From NCBI GenBank assembly GCA_950097015.1, contig CATNEN010000008.1, forward strand, positions 2,852,001-2,916,000: DNA of 64,000 nt, read 5' to 3'. This document shows, one piece after another, positions 12,757-25,965 of this stretch. This DNA comes from Macrostomum hystrix (Eukaryota > Animalia > Platyhelminthes). Each line of letters starts with the position of its first letter. The first letter of the stretch is position 1. The notes below the pieces were generated by a model. It did not search any database, was not told the DNA's origin, and was given only the letters and a program-made list of their open reading frames with translations. The position numbers and the translations under genes are program-made.

Positions 12757-15700
12757 CTCGCCGGGTGAGTTGAATAATCTGGACTTGTACCGGTGACCGG
12801 AACTGGGACTGGGACTGGGACTAGGCGACTCGCACTGGCTGCTGCTGTTGCTGAGTGGCCTAGCCGCTGTGTTAGTTGAATCTGCAGTAGGAGGATCAGC
12901 ACAGGCACAATGAAATCACGGCTACTGCGAGAGAAACGAAAGGAAACAGAGAAATAGGATCGGAGAGAGGAAGGAAGGGGAGAAGAGGATCGGAGAGAGG
13001 AAGGAAGGGGAGAAGAGGATCGGAGAGAGGAAGGAAGGGGAGAAGAGGAATGGAGAGAGGAAGAAAGGGGAGAAGAGGAATGGAGAGAGGAAGGAAGGGG
13101 AGAAGAGGAATGTATAGAGGAAGGAGGGGGAGAAGAGGGACGGAGAGAGGAAGGAAGGGGAGAAGAGGAATAGAGAGAGGAAGGAAGGGGAGAAGAGGAA
13201 TAGAGAGAGGAAGGAAGGGGAGAAGAGGAACGGAGAGATGAGGAAGGGGAGAAGAGGAATGGAGAGAGGAAGGAAGGGGAGAAGAGGAATGGATAGAGGA
13301 AGGAAGGGGAGAAGAGGAACGGAGAGAGGAAGGAAGGGGAGAAGAGGAATGGAGAGAGGAAGGAAGGGGAGAAGAGGAATGGAGATAGGAAGCAAGGGGA
13401 GAAGAGGAATGTATAGAGGAAGGAATTGGAGAAGAGGAATAGAGAGAGGAAGGAAGGGGAGAAGAGGAATGGAGAGAGGAAGAAAGGGGAGAAGAGGAAT
13501 GGAGAGAGGAAGGAAGGGGAGAAGAGGAATGGAGAGAGGAAGGAAGGGGAGAAGAGGAACGGAGAGATGAGGAAGGGGAGAAGAGGAATGGATAGAGGAA
13601 GGAAGGGGAGAAGAGGAATGGAGAGAGGAAGGAAGGGGAGAAGAGGAATGGATAGAGGAAGGAAGGGGAGAAGAGGAACGGAGAGATGAGGAAGGGGAGA
13701 AGAGGAATAGAGAGAGGAAGGAAGGGGAGAAGAGGAATGGATAGAGGAAGGAAGGGGAGAAGAGGAACGGAGAGATGAGGAAGGGGAGAAGAGGAATGGA
13801 GAGAGGAAGGAAGGGGAGAAGAGGAACGGAGAGATGAGGAAGGGGAGAAGAGGAATGGATAGAGGAAGGAAGGGGAGAAGAGGAATGGAGAGAGGAAGGA
13901 AGGGGAGAAGAGGAATGGATAGAGGAAGGAAGGGGAGAAGAGGAACGGAGAGATGAGGAAGGGGAGAAGAGGAATGGAGAGAGGAAGGAAGGGGAGAAGA
14001 GGAATGTATAGAGGAAGGAAGGGGAGAAGAGGAACGGAGAGAGGAAGGAAGGGGAGAAGAGGAATAGAGAGAGGAAGGAAGGGGAGAAGAGGAATAGAGA
14101 GAAGCGGAGAGAGGAAGAGGAGAAGAGGAAAAAAGAGAATGGGGAGATGCTTAAATTGGGGAGGCCTAGATCCCGCAATTCAGGATCAGTCTCATTACAA
14201 CAGGAATTTTTTTAATTGTAGGCAGCTCTGTTGTGAATCAGTTGGGAAAACAATCCCATGACTGTGCATACACATGCATTCAGAGAAGCATTCAGTGCTG
14301 AATAAAAAGATTTTCTAACCGGTTCAGAATCCCACTAACTGGCTTCATTGAGATGCGGATTAGCCAGACAGATACGGTAAATAAGGGCGGCAGTTTAGAC
14401 AACGAATGCATGGGCCTCGCTAAGCAGATTTCCTAGCCAAGTTATATGAAGCGTGTCTATATGCTTTCCGCTAAAGGTTTTGCTTTGCCCAGAAATGCGT
14501 AACGGCAGTTTTTTAAGTACATTTCTAAAAATTCTGAGGTGTTAATTATTGAAATTGGCCTGTCAGATGTCAATCATTGAATTGCATCCAAATTTATTAA
14601 CTGTGCTATAACACCAGATAAATCCCATATTATAGCACATTCTCAAACCCTAAAACTGTCACTTCACCATTTTCTCGAAATACTTAAACCTCTCCCTTCA
14701 CGATCGCTTAACCCTAAACCACTCCCTTTACAAAATTCGAACTCGAAATCCTTACCTTCATAATATTAAACCCTAAATCTCTCCATTCACAATATCCGAA
14801 CCACAGATCTCTCCCTTCACAATATCCTAACCCCAGATCTCTCCCTTCACAATATCCTAACCCCAGATCTCTCCCTTCACAATATCCTAACCCCAGATCT
14901 CTCCCTTCACAATATCCTAACCCCAGATCTCTCCCTTCACAATATCCTAACCCCAGATCTCTCCCTTCACAATATCCTAACCCCAGATCTCTCCCTTCAC
15001 AATATCCTAACCCCAGATATCTACCTTCACAATATCCTAACCCCAGATCTCTCCCTTCACAACATCCTAACCCCAGATCTCTCCCTTCACAATATCCTAA
15101 CCCCAGATCTCTCCCTTCACAATATCCTAACCTCAGATCTCTCCCTTCACAACATCCTAACCCCAGATCACTCCCTTCACAATATCCTAACCCCAGATCT
15201 CTCCCTTCACAACATCCTAACCCAGATCACTCCCTTCACAATATCCTAACCCCAGATCTCTCCCTTCACAACATCCTAACCCCAGATCACTCCCTTCACA
15301 ACATCCTAACCCCAGATCACTCCCTTCACAATATCCTAACCCCAGATCACTCCCTTCACAATATTCTAACCCCAGATCTCTCCCTTCACAACATCCTAAC
15401 CCCAGATCACTCCCTTCACAACATCCTAACCCCAGATCACTCCCTTCACAATATCCTAACCCCAGATCACTCCCTTCACAATATCCGAACCTCAAAGCTC
15501 GCCCTTGACAACATCCTAACCCAAAATATTCATTTTTAAATCTTCTTCGAAAAGCAAATCACTTTCTTGTTTAACTCACCAGCGGCGGAGGAGAACAGAA
15601 ACACGGGCACAGGCGAGGCGGAGGCGGCAGGCCAACCGGAAGTGGCCGCTCTCTCTCTCATCGCGCCGGCCGGATTATTGTAACTGTTATTATAGTTAAT

Positions 15701-18700
15701 AACATTATAATTCGGCGACGGAGACAAAGACACCGACGAATCATCGCCGCCGCCGCCGCCGCCGCCGCTGCCCAGACTCAGGCGGCTAAACGGAGAGGTC
15801 GAAGGCGAGGCCGATTGAGTCTTTGCTGGCGAGGATTGAGCCGAGCCCGGAGTCCAAGGCGGCGACAGGTGCTCCTGGAACTGGTGCTGGGCAGTCTGGC
15901 TGGGCGGCCGGCTGTAGCCGCGCTTTAGTTGTATTCGCGGCGAAGTTGGCCCGGCGGCGGATGCGGCCGGCGAGGAGAAGCCCCGCTCCGGCGTCCAATG
16001 GCGACGCTCGCGACGAGTGACCTTCGGCAGCTGCTGCTCGGCATCTTCTTCTCCTAGGGGAGACTCCATGTGGCCAGCAGGCTCGAACTTTTGCGCCAGT
16101 TCTTCTTCTTGATTGGCCTTTTGTAAATCTTCAATGACTGCCGGCTGGGCGATGCTTGTTTCAGCCTCGCTTGCTTCTTCGGCTTGGGCAACAGTCGGCG
16201 GAGCCTGCGGCAGTATCGTCAGGGCGATCCGACAAACCTGACTGGAGAGAGGAATGACACTTCACTTGAACACTAACCAGCTTGGGTCCTGACAGGGAGG
16301 TATGGAATGTATCGGGGATGGAGGAGTGGGAAGGAGAAAGGGGAGAGGAGAAAGGGGAGAGGAATAGGGAGTGGGAGAAACGGGAGAGTAATAGGGAGTG
16401 GGAGAAAGGGGAGAGGAATAGGGAGTGGGAGAAAGTGGAGAGGAATAGGGAGTGGGAGAAAGAGAAGAGGAATAGGGAGTGGGAGAAAGGGGATAGGAAT
16501 AGGGAGTCGGAGAAGGGAGAGGAATTGGGAGTGGGAGAAAGGGGGAGAGAAATAGGTAGTGGAAGAAAGGGGAGAGAAATCGGGAATGGGAGAAAGGGGA
16601 GATGGGAGTGGGGAGATAGAGTAAGGGAATATTAAAGAGTGGAGAGAGATGGGGAAACTAAAGTTATGACAAGGAGAAAATATGTTAGGCGGTTTGTGGC
16701 AGTAACCTAACTTGTGAATCAGCAGTCAATTAAAAACTAGACCAAAAAGTTTGCAAAAATAGTCAGCAATTCATCGTGATTGCAAATGAAAATTGCTAAA
16801 GAAAAAGTGCACAGTGGTTCTAGTTAGTACCAACAAGGGCTAGAGAAGAAAAACTAATTCGGAATAAAAACCGGGTAGGCATCGTGGTCGCCTAGCAACA
16901 ACAATAATTTTAGTTTGGTGACTGACGCTAGGCAAAGCAATCACACAGAGTGTAGAGGCAGTGATTCACCAAAATATGAAATTCTATGCAACAATAAAAA
17001 AGCTTGCGAACAAAATAAACTTCATATAACAAACAATAAGCTAACCTGATTGTTGTTAAAGCTGTGCCCAGTGTCAGTGTGCTAGTTAGTTGTGCACTTA
17101 CTGTATTAACATAACTAAATAACAAAAATAGGACAACTTCTAAGAAACCAAGGAAATATGAAAACAATAACCTTAGCATGCTCTCTGTGTGCACGCAGAC
17201 ATGTGAGCCTTACTCTGGCCAATGTATGTCCTGTTCTTGACAAGGTCTGCCAATGCGGAGTCCTGTAAGATAATGTGTTGAATCAGGTCAAAGCTGCAGA
17301 TTTTTGACGCAGTGGGCGACGGACAGACAGACAGCACAGGAACAACAGACAGACTGGTGGACAGACAGACAGACAGCACGGGAACAACAGACAGACTGGT
17401 GGACAGACAGACAGCACAGGAACAACAGACAGACTGGTGGACAGACAGACAGACAGCACAGGAACAACAGACAGACTGGTGGACAGACAGACAGACAGCA
17501 CGGGAACAACAGACAGACTGGTGGACAGACAGACAGACAGCACGGGAACAACAGACAGACTGGTGGACAGACAGACAGACAGCACGGGAACAACAGACAG
17601 ACTGGTGGACAGACAGACAGACAGCACGGGAACAACAGACAGATTGGTGGACAGACAGACAGACAGCACGGGAACAACAGACAGACTGGTGGACAGACAG
17701 ACAGACAGCACGGGAACAACAGACAGATTGGTGGACAGACAGACAGACAGCACGGGAACAACAGACAGACTGGTGGACAGACAGACAGACAGCACGGGAA
17801 CAACAGACAGACTGGTGGACAGACAGACAGACAGCACGGGAACAACAGACAGACTGGTGGACAGACAGACAGACAGCACGGGAACAACAGACAGATTGGT
17901 GGACAGACAGACAGACAGCACGGGAACAACAGACAGACTGGTGGACTGCCATTCGGACAGACATACGGACAGACAAATAGACAACAGAAAGTTGATTACC
18001 TGTAAAATTATAAAAAGTTAATTCACTTTTTCAAGCAAGAAAAGTAACTGCGAAAATGTCTAAATTTCGCCATTTAAGTACCTAGAGAGGAGTTTTTGTA
18101 CTTTTCTAACACAAAGCGCAGTGATTAGACGCAAACCTTCCAAACAAAGAAGGTAAAAAACGGAAGCAAATATAGTAGAGTTTTTCGAAGCCTTGAAAAA
18201 GTTAAAATCAGAAAACACAAGAGAAGCCGTAAGTTTATCGCCTTAGAAAACTTACCAGTAGAATCAGTGCAGCGCCTAAGCTCTAGGTTTAAACAATGCC
18301 CCGATGGTTGCTGGTCTTGGGGAAATCGGAGAAAGGGCAAAAGTTGTCAACTGAAAAAATGGGATAACGGATTATCGGCCGGAGCTTGATCCGCATCCCA
18401 TAGCGACCAATATCATGCTGTCTTCGGTGTGAGGAGGAGGAAGAGATGAGGAGGAGTAAAGAGCGGGGATGAGGGATATTGCTTCCAATGGGGGGGGGGG
18501 AGGCGACTGAGACCTTCCTCCGTAGACTGTTGGGGAGATGGTTGGGAAGAGGAGAGAAGAAAACACTCTCCCAGGCAGCCTCAGTCCAGGTTTGTGTGTG
18601 TTTATTCCTCGGCAGTTCCATCTGCAATTCAGGGCCACAACTACCAATCTCTGGCAAAAAACACACACTGCCTGACTGACTGGCTGGCTGGATGACTGGA

Positions 18701-21700
18701 CAAGCGGATCTGAACACGCCGTGAATGATTGTGGATGGGGTAGAAGCGGGGTTCCGCCATGCGACATGCGTCACCAGAGGGGAACCGAGGCGATTTAGAT
18801 TAGGACACGGGAAAAGAGGAGGATGGGGAGGAGGCGGAGAAAAAGTGCACACACACACAGCCTTTTCAGGGTGTAGTCCATCAAAAAGTCATCATTCCTG
18901 GGAGGGTAGGTCGCAAGTCACAGGATTTTCTTCTTTTCCTTCTTTTATTGAGCACATTCTCATCAACTGTTCAACCTATTTTCTTTCTCCCCCAGACTCT
19001 CTTGCCAGAATTTCCAGTCGATTCCTGAACAATGCCGAGTCAATAAAAGCTTGGTCTAGCTACGAGTAAATGGATGAAAACTCTCTGTTCCACCGACCCC
19101 CGAAACAAAAGTACAGGTCCCTTTGGGAGTTTCTGGGGAAAGCGAGGCAGCTAGTGAGTTAAGTTGGTGGGGAAATCAAACAACAGCTATGCATAAAAAC
19201 ATATAGCTAACCATTCTTTACTGTCTATGATGCTAATTTCTCGGATGAGACTCAGAGACTTGTAAAATGGTCTTCCATAATTTACTTTTTAAATCGAAAA
19301 GGCATTGGCTTACGAGGCATTGAGACGCACATATGAGAGAGCATCTGCCTTGACTCTCTTTTTTACAGCGCTGCAAATTAACAAATGTTAGAGGAAATAG
19401 CTGCTAAAGGAAACTACTTTGTAGTACACAGAAAAAAGCTAGCCTGAAGTACAGGAGGAAGCGACCTGAATTCTCAGATGAAGCGACCCAGAATTCTCAG
19501 ATGAAGCGATCCTGAATTATCAGATGAAGCGACCCTGAATTCTCAGATGAAGCGACCCAGAATTCTCAGATGAAGCGATCCTGAATTATCAGATGAAGCG
19601 ACCCTGAATTATCAGATGAAGCGACCCTGAATTATCAGATGAAGCGACCCTGAATTATCAGATGAAGCGACCCTGAATTCTCAGATGAAGCGATCCTGAA
19701 TTATTAGATGAAGCGACCCTGAATTATCAGATGAAGCGACCCTGAATTCTCAGATGAAGCGATCCTGAATTCTCAGATGAAGCGACCCTGAATTATCAGA
19801 TGAAGCGACCCTGAATTATCAGATGAAGCGACCCTGAATTATCAGATGAAGCGACCCTGAATTCTCAGATGAAGCGATCCTGAATTATCAGATGAAGCGA
19901 CCCTGAATTATCAGATGAAGCGACCCTGAATTCTCAGATGAAGCGATCCTGAATTCTCAGATGAAGCGACCCTGAATTATCAGATGAAGCGACCCTGAAT
20001 TATCAGATTTAGCGATCCTGAATTCTCAGTTGAAGCGACCCTGAATTATCAGATGAAGCGATCCTGAATTATCAGATGAAGCGACCCTGAATTATTAGAT
20101 GAAGCGACCCTGAATTATTAGATGAAGCGATCCTGAATTCTCAGATTAAGCGACCCTGAATTCTCAGATGAAGCGACCCTGAATTATTAGATGAAGCGAC
20201 CCTGAATTATCAGATTAAGCGACCCTGAATTATCAGATTAAGCGACCCTGAATTATTAGATGAAGCGACCCTGAATTATCAGATGAAGCGACCCTGAATT
20301 ATGAGATGAAGCAACCCTGAATTATGAGATTAAGCGACCCTGAATTATTAGATGAAGCGATCCTGAATTATCAGATTAAGCGACCCTGAATTATTAGATG
20401 AAGCGATCCTGAATTATCAGATTAAGCGACCCTGAATTATTAGATGAAGCGACCGTGAATTATTAGATAAAGCGATCCTGAATTATCAGATTAAGCGACC
20501 CTGAATTATCAGATGAAGCGACCCTGAATTATCAGATTAAGCGACCCTGAACTATCAGATGAAGCGACCCTGACTTATCAGATAAAGCGACCCTGACGTA
20601 CAGCGGGGAAACTAGCCTCAAGTACAGGAGGAAGCCACCCTTAAGTACACTCAAGCTACACTCAAAGACAAAATTCAAGAGCGAATCGTCACTGCTGCCT
20701 TTCTGTCCGATTCTGAGCATCCACAGCATTACAGCACATAGAGCTCATGTGTATATAAATATACAAGAGCAGAAAACTTAATTAGTCCGACAGTTCAGCA
20801 TAGATATTTTTAAACCAAGCCTTACAAAGCGGCCAAATACTATAGAATTGAGAAAGAGGAGAATAATTTCAGCAGTTTAAGAAACGAATAGCCGGTGTAC
20901 TCTTGTCGATTCGCTGTGCAAAGCCATTCCCAACCCACGGATGAAAATTATCCCATTCTAGCCCATTCACTGAAACTCGACTACTTCTCTCAACTCTCTC
21001 TCTCTCTATCTCTTAGCTGTCCCTATCTATTCCATTCTCCACTTTATCATATTGGGACTTTATCACTATTACTAGGCACGCCTGTAGTGGACTGAGAGTC
21101 AATTTTCAAACCGGTTAAGGGGACAAAGCGCAGTCTATTGGCTAATGAGTTTTATATTCTACATTATTAGCTTAATGATGAGGCACTGTGCAAGAACTTT
21201 ACTAATCTAAAACTACTTTCCCAGATCACTTCGACTGATAGCGAGACAGTCATTCAGTATGTTTAGATTAATGTCTTAAAAACTATACTTAAAATATTAT
21301 TTAGAATAAAAAATGCTGTTAAACATGTCTTGCCTGAAGTAACAAACAAGGAAAGTGAAAATGAAGTATTGATAGAATCCACCCTGAAGTATTAATGGAA
21401 TCCACCCTGAAGTATTGATGTAATCCCAGCCTGAAGTATTGATGGAATTCACCCTGAAGTATTGATGGAATCCACCCTGAAGTATTGATGGAATCCCAGC
21501 CTGAAGTATTGATGGAATCCACCCTGAAGTATTGATGGAATTCACCCTGAAGTATTGATGGAATCCACCCTGAAGTATTGATGGAATTCACCCTGAAGTA
21601 TTGATGAAATCCACCCTGAAGTATTGATGAAATCCACCCTGAAGTATTGATGGAATCCCACCCTGAAGTATTGATGGAATCCACCCTGAAGTATTGATGG

Positions 21701-23445
21701 AATCCCAGCCTTAAGTATTGATGAAATCCACCCTGAAGTATTGATGAAATCCACCCTGAAGTATTGATGGAATCCCACCCTGAAGTATTGATGGAATCCA
21801 CCCTGAAGTATTGATGGAATCCCACCCTGAAGTATTGATGGAATCCCAGCCTGAAGTATTGATGGAATCCACCCTGAAGTATTGATGGAATCCACCCTGA
21901 AGTATTGATGGAATCCCACCCTGAAGTATTGATGGAATCCCAGCCTGAAGTATTGATGGAATCCCAGTATTGATGGAATCCCAGCCTGAAGTATTGATGG
22001 AATCCACCCTGAAGTATTGATGGAATCCCAGCCTGAAGTATTGATGGAATCCCAGTATTGATGGAATCCCAGCCTGAAGTATTGATGGAATCTACCCTGA
22101 AGTATTGATGGAGTCCCAGCCTTAAGTATTGATGGAATCCACCCTGGTGTATTGATGGAATCCACCCTGAAGTATTGATGGAATCACAGCCTGAAGTATT
22201 GATGGAATCCACCCTGAAGTATTGATGGAATCCACCCTGAAGTATTGATGGAATCCACCCTGAAGTATTGATGGAATCCACCCTGAAGTATTGATGGAAT
22301 CCACCCTGAAGTATTGATGGAATTCACCCTGAAGTATTGATGGAATCCCAGCCTGAAGTATTGATGGAATCCCAGTATTGATGGAATCCCAGCCTGAAGT
22401 AATGATGGAATCCCAGCCTGAAGTATTGATGGAATCCCAGTATTGATGGAATCCCAGCCTGAAGTATTGATGGAATCTACCCTGAAGTATTGATGGAATC
22501 ACAGCCTGAAGTATTGATGGAATCCACCCTGAAGTATTGATGGAATCCACCCTGAAGTATTGATGGAATCCACCCTGAAGTATTGATGGAATCCACCCTG
22601 AAGTATTGATGGAATCCACCCTGAAGTATTGATGGAATTCACCCTGAAGTATTGATGGAATCCCAGCCTGAAGTATTGATGGAATCCCAGTATTGATGGA
22701 ATCCCAGCCTGAAGTAATGATGGAATCCCAGCCTGAAGTATTGATGGAATCCCAGTATTGATGGAATCCCAGCCTGAAGTAATGATGGAATCCCAGCCTG
22801 AAGTATTGATGGAATCCCAGTATTGATGGAATCCCAGCCTGAAGTATTGATGGAATCCCAGTATTGATGGAATCCCAGCCTGAAGTAATGATGGAATCCC
22901 AGCCTGAAGTATTGATGGAATCCCAGTATTGATGGAATCCCAGCCTGAAGTAATGATGGAATCCCAGCCTGAAGTATTGATGGAATCCCAGTATTGATGG
23001 AATCCCAGCCTGAAGTATTGATGGAATCTACCCTGAAGTTTTGATGGAGTCCCAGCCTTAAGTATTGATGGAATCCACCCTGAAGTATTGATGGAATTCA
23101 CCATCAGTACTAGAGAAAACCGTACATCCTTAATCAAAATAAAGGAGATGCTCTTATAATACAAAGTAAGGCAACTATTCAGGTAAAAAAGCGGCAAAAA
23201 GGAAAAATTGGTTTCAAATATCATAAGAGCAAGTCTGCAAAAAACTTGGTATCCTAGATGAGCAGCCGTTACGAATATTTGGCATGGAACTCACCGATTC
23301 TCAAGCAAATTTCGCAGCGAAACCTCATCAAATCTGGTCAGGGGCGTCCCATTGATGGCCGAGATGCGATCACCGCGTTGAAGTCCGGCCCGAGCCGACG
23401 GACCGCCGGGTGAAACGGCGGTTATTGGCACGGCGACATTGTGAG
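12757..23445 (-). CDS. Partial PDZ-domain protein gene (PDZ followed by a long Ser/Pro/Gly-rich linker); three exons supported
   Basis: Exons are 23445-23295 (acceptor uncertain), 16241-15580 and 12881-12757. Exon 1 reads VPITAVSPGGPSARAGLQRGDRISAINGTPLTRFDEVSLRNLLENR (PDZ strands C-D and helix B) and ends phase 2 at GTGAGT. It joins in frame to ctctctccag|T CAG GTT, giving QVCRIALTIL (last PDZ strand), and continues into ORF 15536-16069. The phase-1 GTGAGT donor joins ctactgcag|AT, giving DSTNTAARPLSNSSSQCESPSPSPSPSSGHRYKSRLFNSPGE, with a GTAGGT donor. The 5' and 3' exons were not found. Confidence 0.7.
12945..14130. repeat. 30-bp purine-rich minisatellite GGAGAGAGGAAGGAAGGGGAGAAGAGGAAT (intronic)
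   Basis: Units read directly. Explains ORF 12922-14178. Confidence 0.95.
14790..15490. repeat. 30-bp minisatellite AATATCCTAACCCCAGATCTCTCCCTTCAC (intronic)
   Basis: Exact 30-nt periodicity. Confidence 0.95.
16330..16620. repeat. Degenerate purine-rich repeat, about 27-bp unit (GAGAGGAATAGGGAGTGGGAGAAAGGG)
   Basis: Units read directly. Confidence 0.8.
17320..17945. repeat. 42-bp minisatellite built on (GACA)n
   Basis: Gives a 14-aa repeat in all six frames, so it is not a gene. Confidence 0.95.
19465..20595. repeat. 23-bp minisatellite CCCTGAATTATCAGATGAAGCGA
   Basis: 23-nt periodicity. Confidence 0.95.
21365..23103. repeat. 23/24/17-bp minisatellite CCCTGAAGTATTGATGGAATCCA with a 65-bp higher-order block
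   Basis: Units read directly. The 24+17+24 block starts at 22661, 22726 and 22791. Confidence 0.95.
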
Positions 23446-23594
23446 CTGAGTTTGATTGTTGAGACAGTTGCTGATAATCGGTTTGTATCTTCACTCAATC
23501 CTGACTCGGCTTTAATTAATACCAAAAATCTACTTAAAATTCTCAAACACTAAAATCTGAGATCTCCATAGCCGAAAATCTCATCGAAGAATAT

Positions 23595-24060
23595 CATACT
23601 CGAAATCTCACCAAAGAATCTCATACCCGAAATCTCACCAAAGAATCTTATACCCCAAAATCTCACCAAAGAATCTTATACCCCAAAATCTCACCAAAGA
23701 ATCTCATACCCGAAAATCTCAGCAGAGAATCTCATACCAGAAAATCGCACCAAAGAATCTCATACCAGAAAATCTCACCAAAGAATCTCATACCAGAAAA
23801 TCTCACCAAAGAAACTCATACCAGAAAATCTCAGCAGAGAAACTCATACCAGAAAATCTCACCAAAGAATCTCATACCCTAAAATCTCACGAAAGAATCT
23901 CATACCAGAAAATCTCACCAAAGAATCTCATACCAGAAAATCTCACCAGAGAATCTCATACCAGAAAATCTCACCAAAGAATCTCATACCAGAAAATCTC
24001 ACCAAAGAATCTCATACCAGAAAATCTCACCAAAGAATCTCATACCAGAAAATCTAACGA
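23595..24060. repeat. 28-bp minisatellite AAAATCTCACCAAAGAATCTCATACCAG
   Basis: Units read directly. Confidence 0.9.
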
Positions 24061-24829
24061 AAGGATGTCATACTCGAAAATCTGACTAATAATTCTGTTT
24101 GTAGGAAATGAATACTTTAACGCGCACTGCAGACTACTTAAATCGACGTGCAGATAAAAATTGTTGAAATTCTTGAAGACTTTTTATAACTATCAAGCTA
24201 GTCTTTCTTTAAAACTATTGTGACGGAACCATGCAAAATGTAATTTTATTAGAGCTATTAGATAGAACTTAATTCCTTTAAATTCACTTAACGAATATTG
24301 GAAAGGCTTCACGGATAACAGCTGCAAAGAAGGGCTTATCTCGAGAAATCTCGCTTTGAGTACCGCATTAATCAGGGTGGTAATTTTTCCGTCACTATCT
24401 CGACAAATAGCCTAAAATTGATGCGAATTATTCATTGGACTAGACCCACTTGAGTTTGTTTGGGAATAGGAAATGGTAAAGAAAGATAGAGGGCTGGCAA
24501 ATCTGCAACAAAGTCTTATCATCGCTTAGAACAGCTTCATAATGAACGCATGGAAATAGATTCTTAACGCAATTATTTCTTTTATTTTTTAGAAACACTT
24601 TGGGAATAAGGCCTTGATTGAAGAAAAAGGTAAAATTGTTCTCACTGAGTTACATTTCTACTATTCTCAATCATCCACTCATATGTCAGCCCACAGTTTC
24701 TATATCAAATCATCTTCATCAAAGAAAAATCTTTCTAAATCTCAAATTACTTGCTTCCCGATCTCAATCGAATCAATCCCAAAGACGTCCGAATCTTTCA
24801 AAAAAGTAAATCGAACCCAATCAGTCCCG

Positions 24830-25965
24830 ATCTCATCTGAATCCACCCAGATCTCATCTGAATCCACCGAGATCTCATCTGAATCCACCCAGATCTCATC
24901 TGAATCCACCCAGATCTCATCTGAATCCACCGAGATCTCATCTGAATCCAACCAGTTCTCATCTGAATCCACCCAGGTCTCATCTGAATCCACCCAGATC
25001 TCATCTAAATCCACCCAGATCTCAGCCGAATCCACCCAGATCTCATCTGAATCCACCCGGATCTCATCTGATCCACCCAGATCTCATCTGAATCCAACCA
25101 GTTCTCATCTGAATCCAACCTGATCTCAACTGAATCCACCCAGATCTCATCTGAATCCACCCAGATCTCATCTGAATCCACCCAGATCTCATCTAAATCC
25201 ACCCAGATCTCAGCCGAATCCACCCAGATCTCATCTGAATCCACCCAGATCTCATCTTAATCCACCGAGATCTCATCTGAATCCAACCAGTTCTCATCTG
25301 AATCCACCCAGGTCTCATCTGAATCCACCCAGATCTCATCTAAATCCACCCAGATCTCAGCCGAATCCACCCAGATCTCATCTGAATCCACCCAGATCTC
25401 ATCCGAATCCACCCAGATCTCATCTGAATCCACCCAGATCTCATCTGAATCCACCCAGGTCTCATCTGAATCCACCCAGATCTCATCTAAATCCACCCAG
25501 ATCTTAGCCGAATCCACCCAGATCTCATCTGAATCCACCCAGATCTCATCTGAATCCAACCTGATCTCAACTGAATCCACCCAGATCTCATCTGAATCCA
25601 CCCAGATCTCATCTGAATCCACCCAGATCTCATCTGAATCCACCGAGATCTCATCTAAATCCACCGAGATCTCAGCCGAATCCACCCAGATCTCATCTGA
25701 ATCCACCCAGATCTCATCTGAATCCACCCAGGTCTCATCTGAATCCACCCAGATCTCATCTAAATCCACCCAGATCTCAGCCGAATCCACCCAGATCTCA
25801 TCTGAATCCACCCAGATCTCATCTGAATCCACCCAGATCTCATCTGAATCCAACCTGATCTCAACTGAATCCACCCAGATCTCATCTGAATCCAACCTGA
25901 TCTCAACTGAATCCACCCAGATCTCATCTGAATCCAACCTGATCTCAACTGAACCCACCAAGATC
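24830..25965. repeat. 21-bp minisatellite TCATCTGAATCCACCCAGATC
   Basis: Units read directly. Explains the ISSESTQ and DSDEIWV ORFs. Confidence 0.95.

Noticed and set aside
14640-15520. CCTAACCC / AACCCTAA motifs suggesting interstitial telomere repeats
   Set aside because: There is only one partial motif per 30-bp unit and no (TTAGGG)n run.
17208-17259. Apparent small exon (cttacag...GTAAGG) in the PDZ intron
   Set aside because: It is about 49 nt, not a multiple of 3. The flanking PDZ exons already join in frame without it.
2954-25961. Many long ORFs (SLTH, MGGITQD, FLFSPS, QTDR, DSINTSG, DSDEIWV repeats)
   Set aside because: Each coincides exactly with a tandem array, is open in several frames or strands, and lacks supported splice context.
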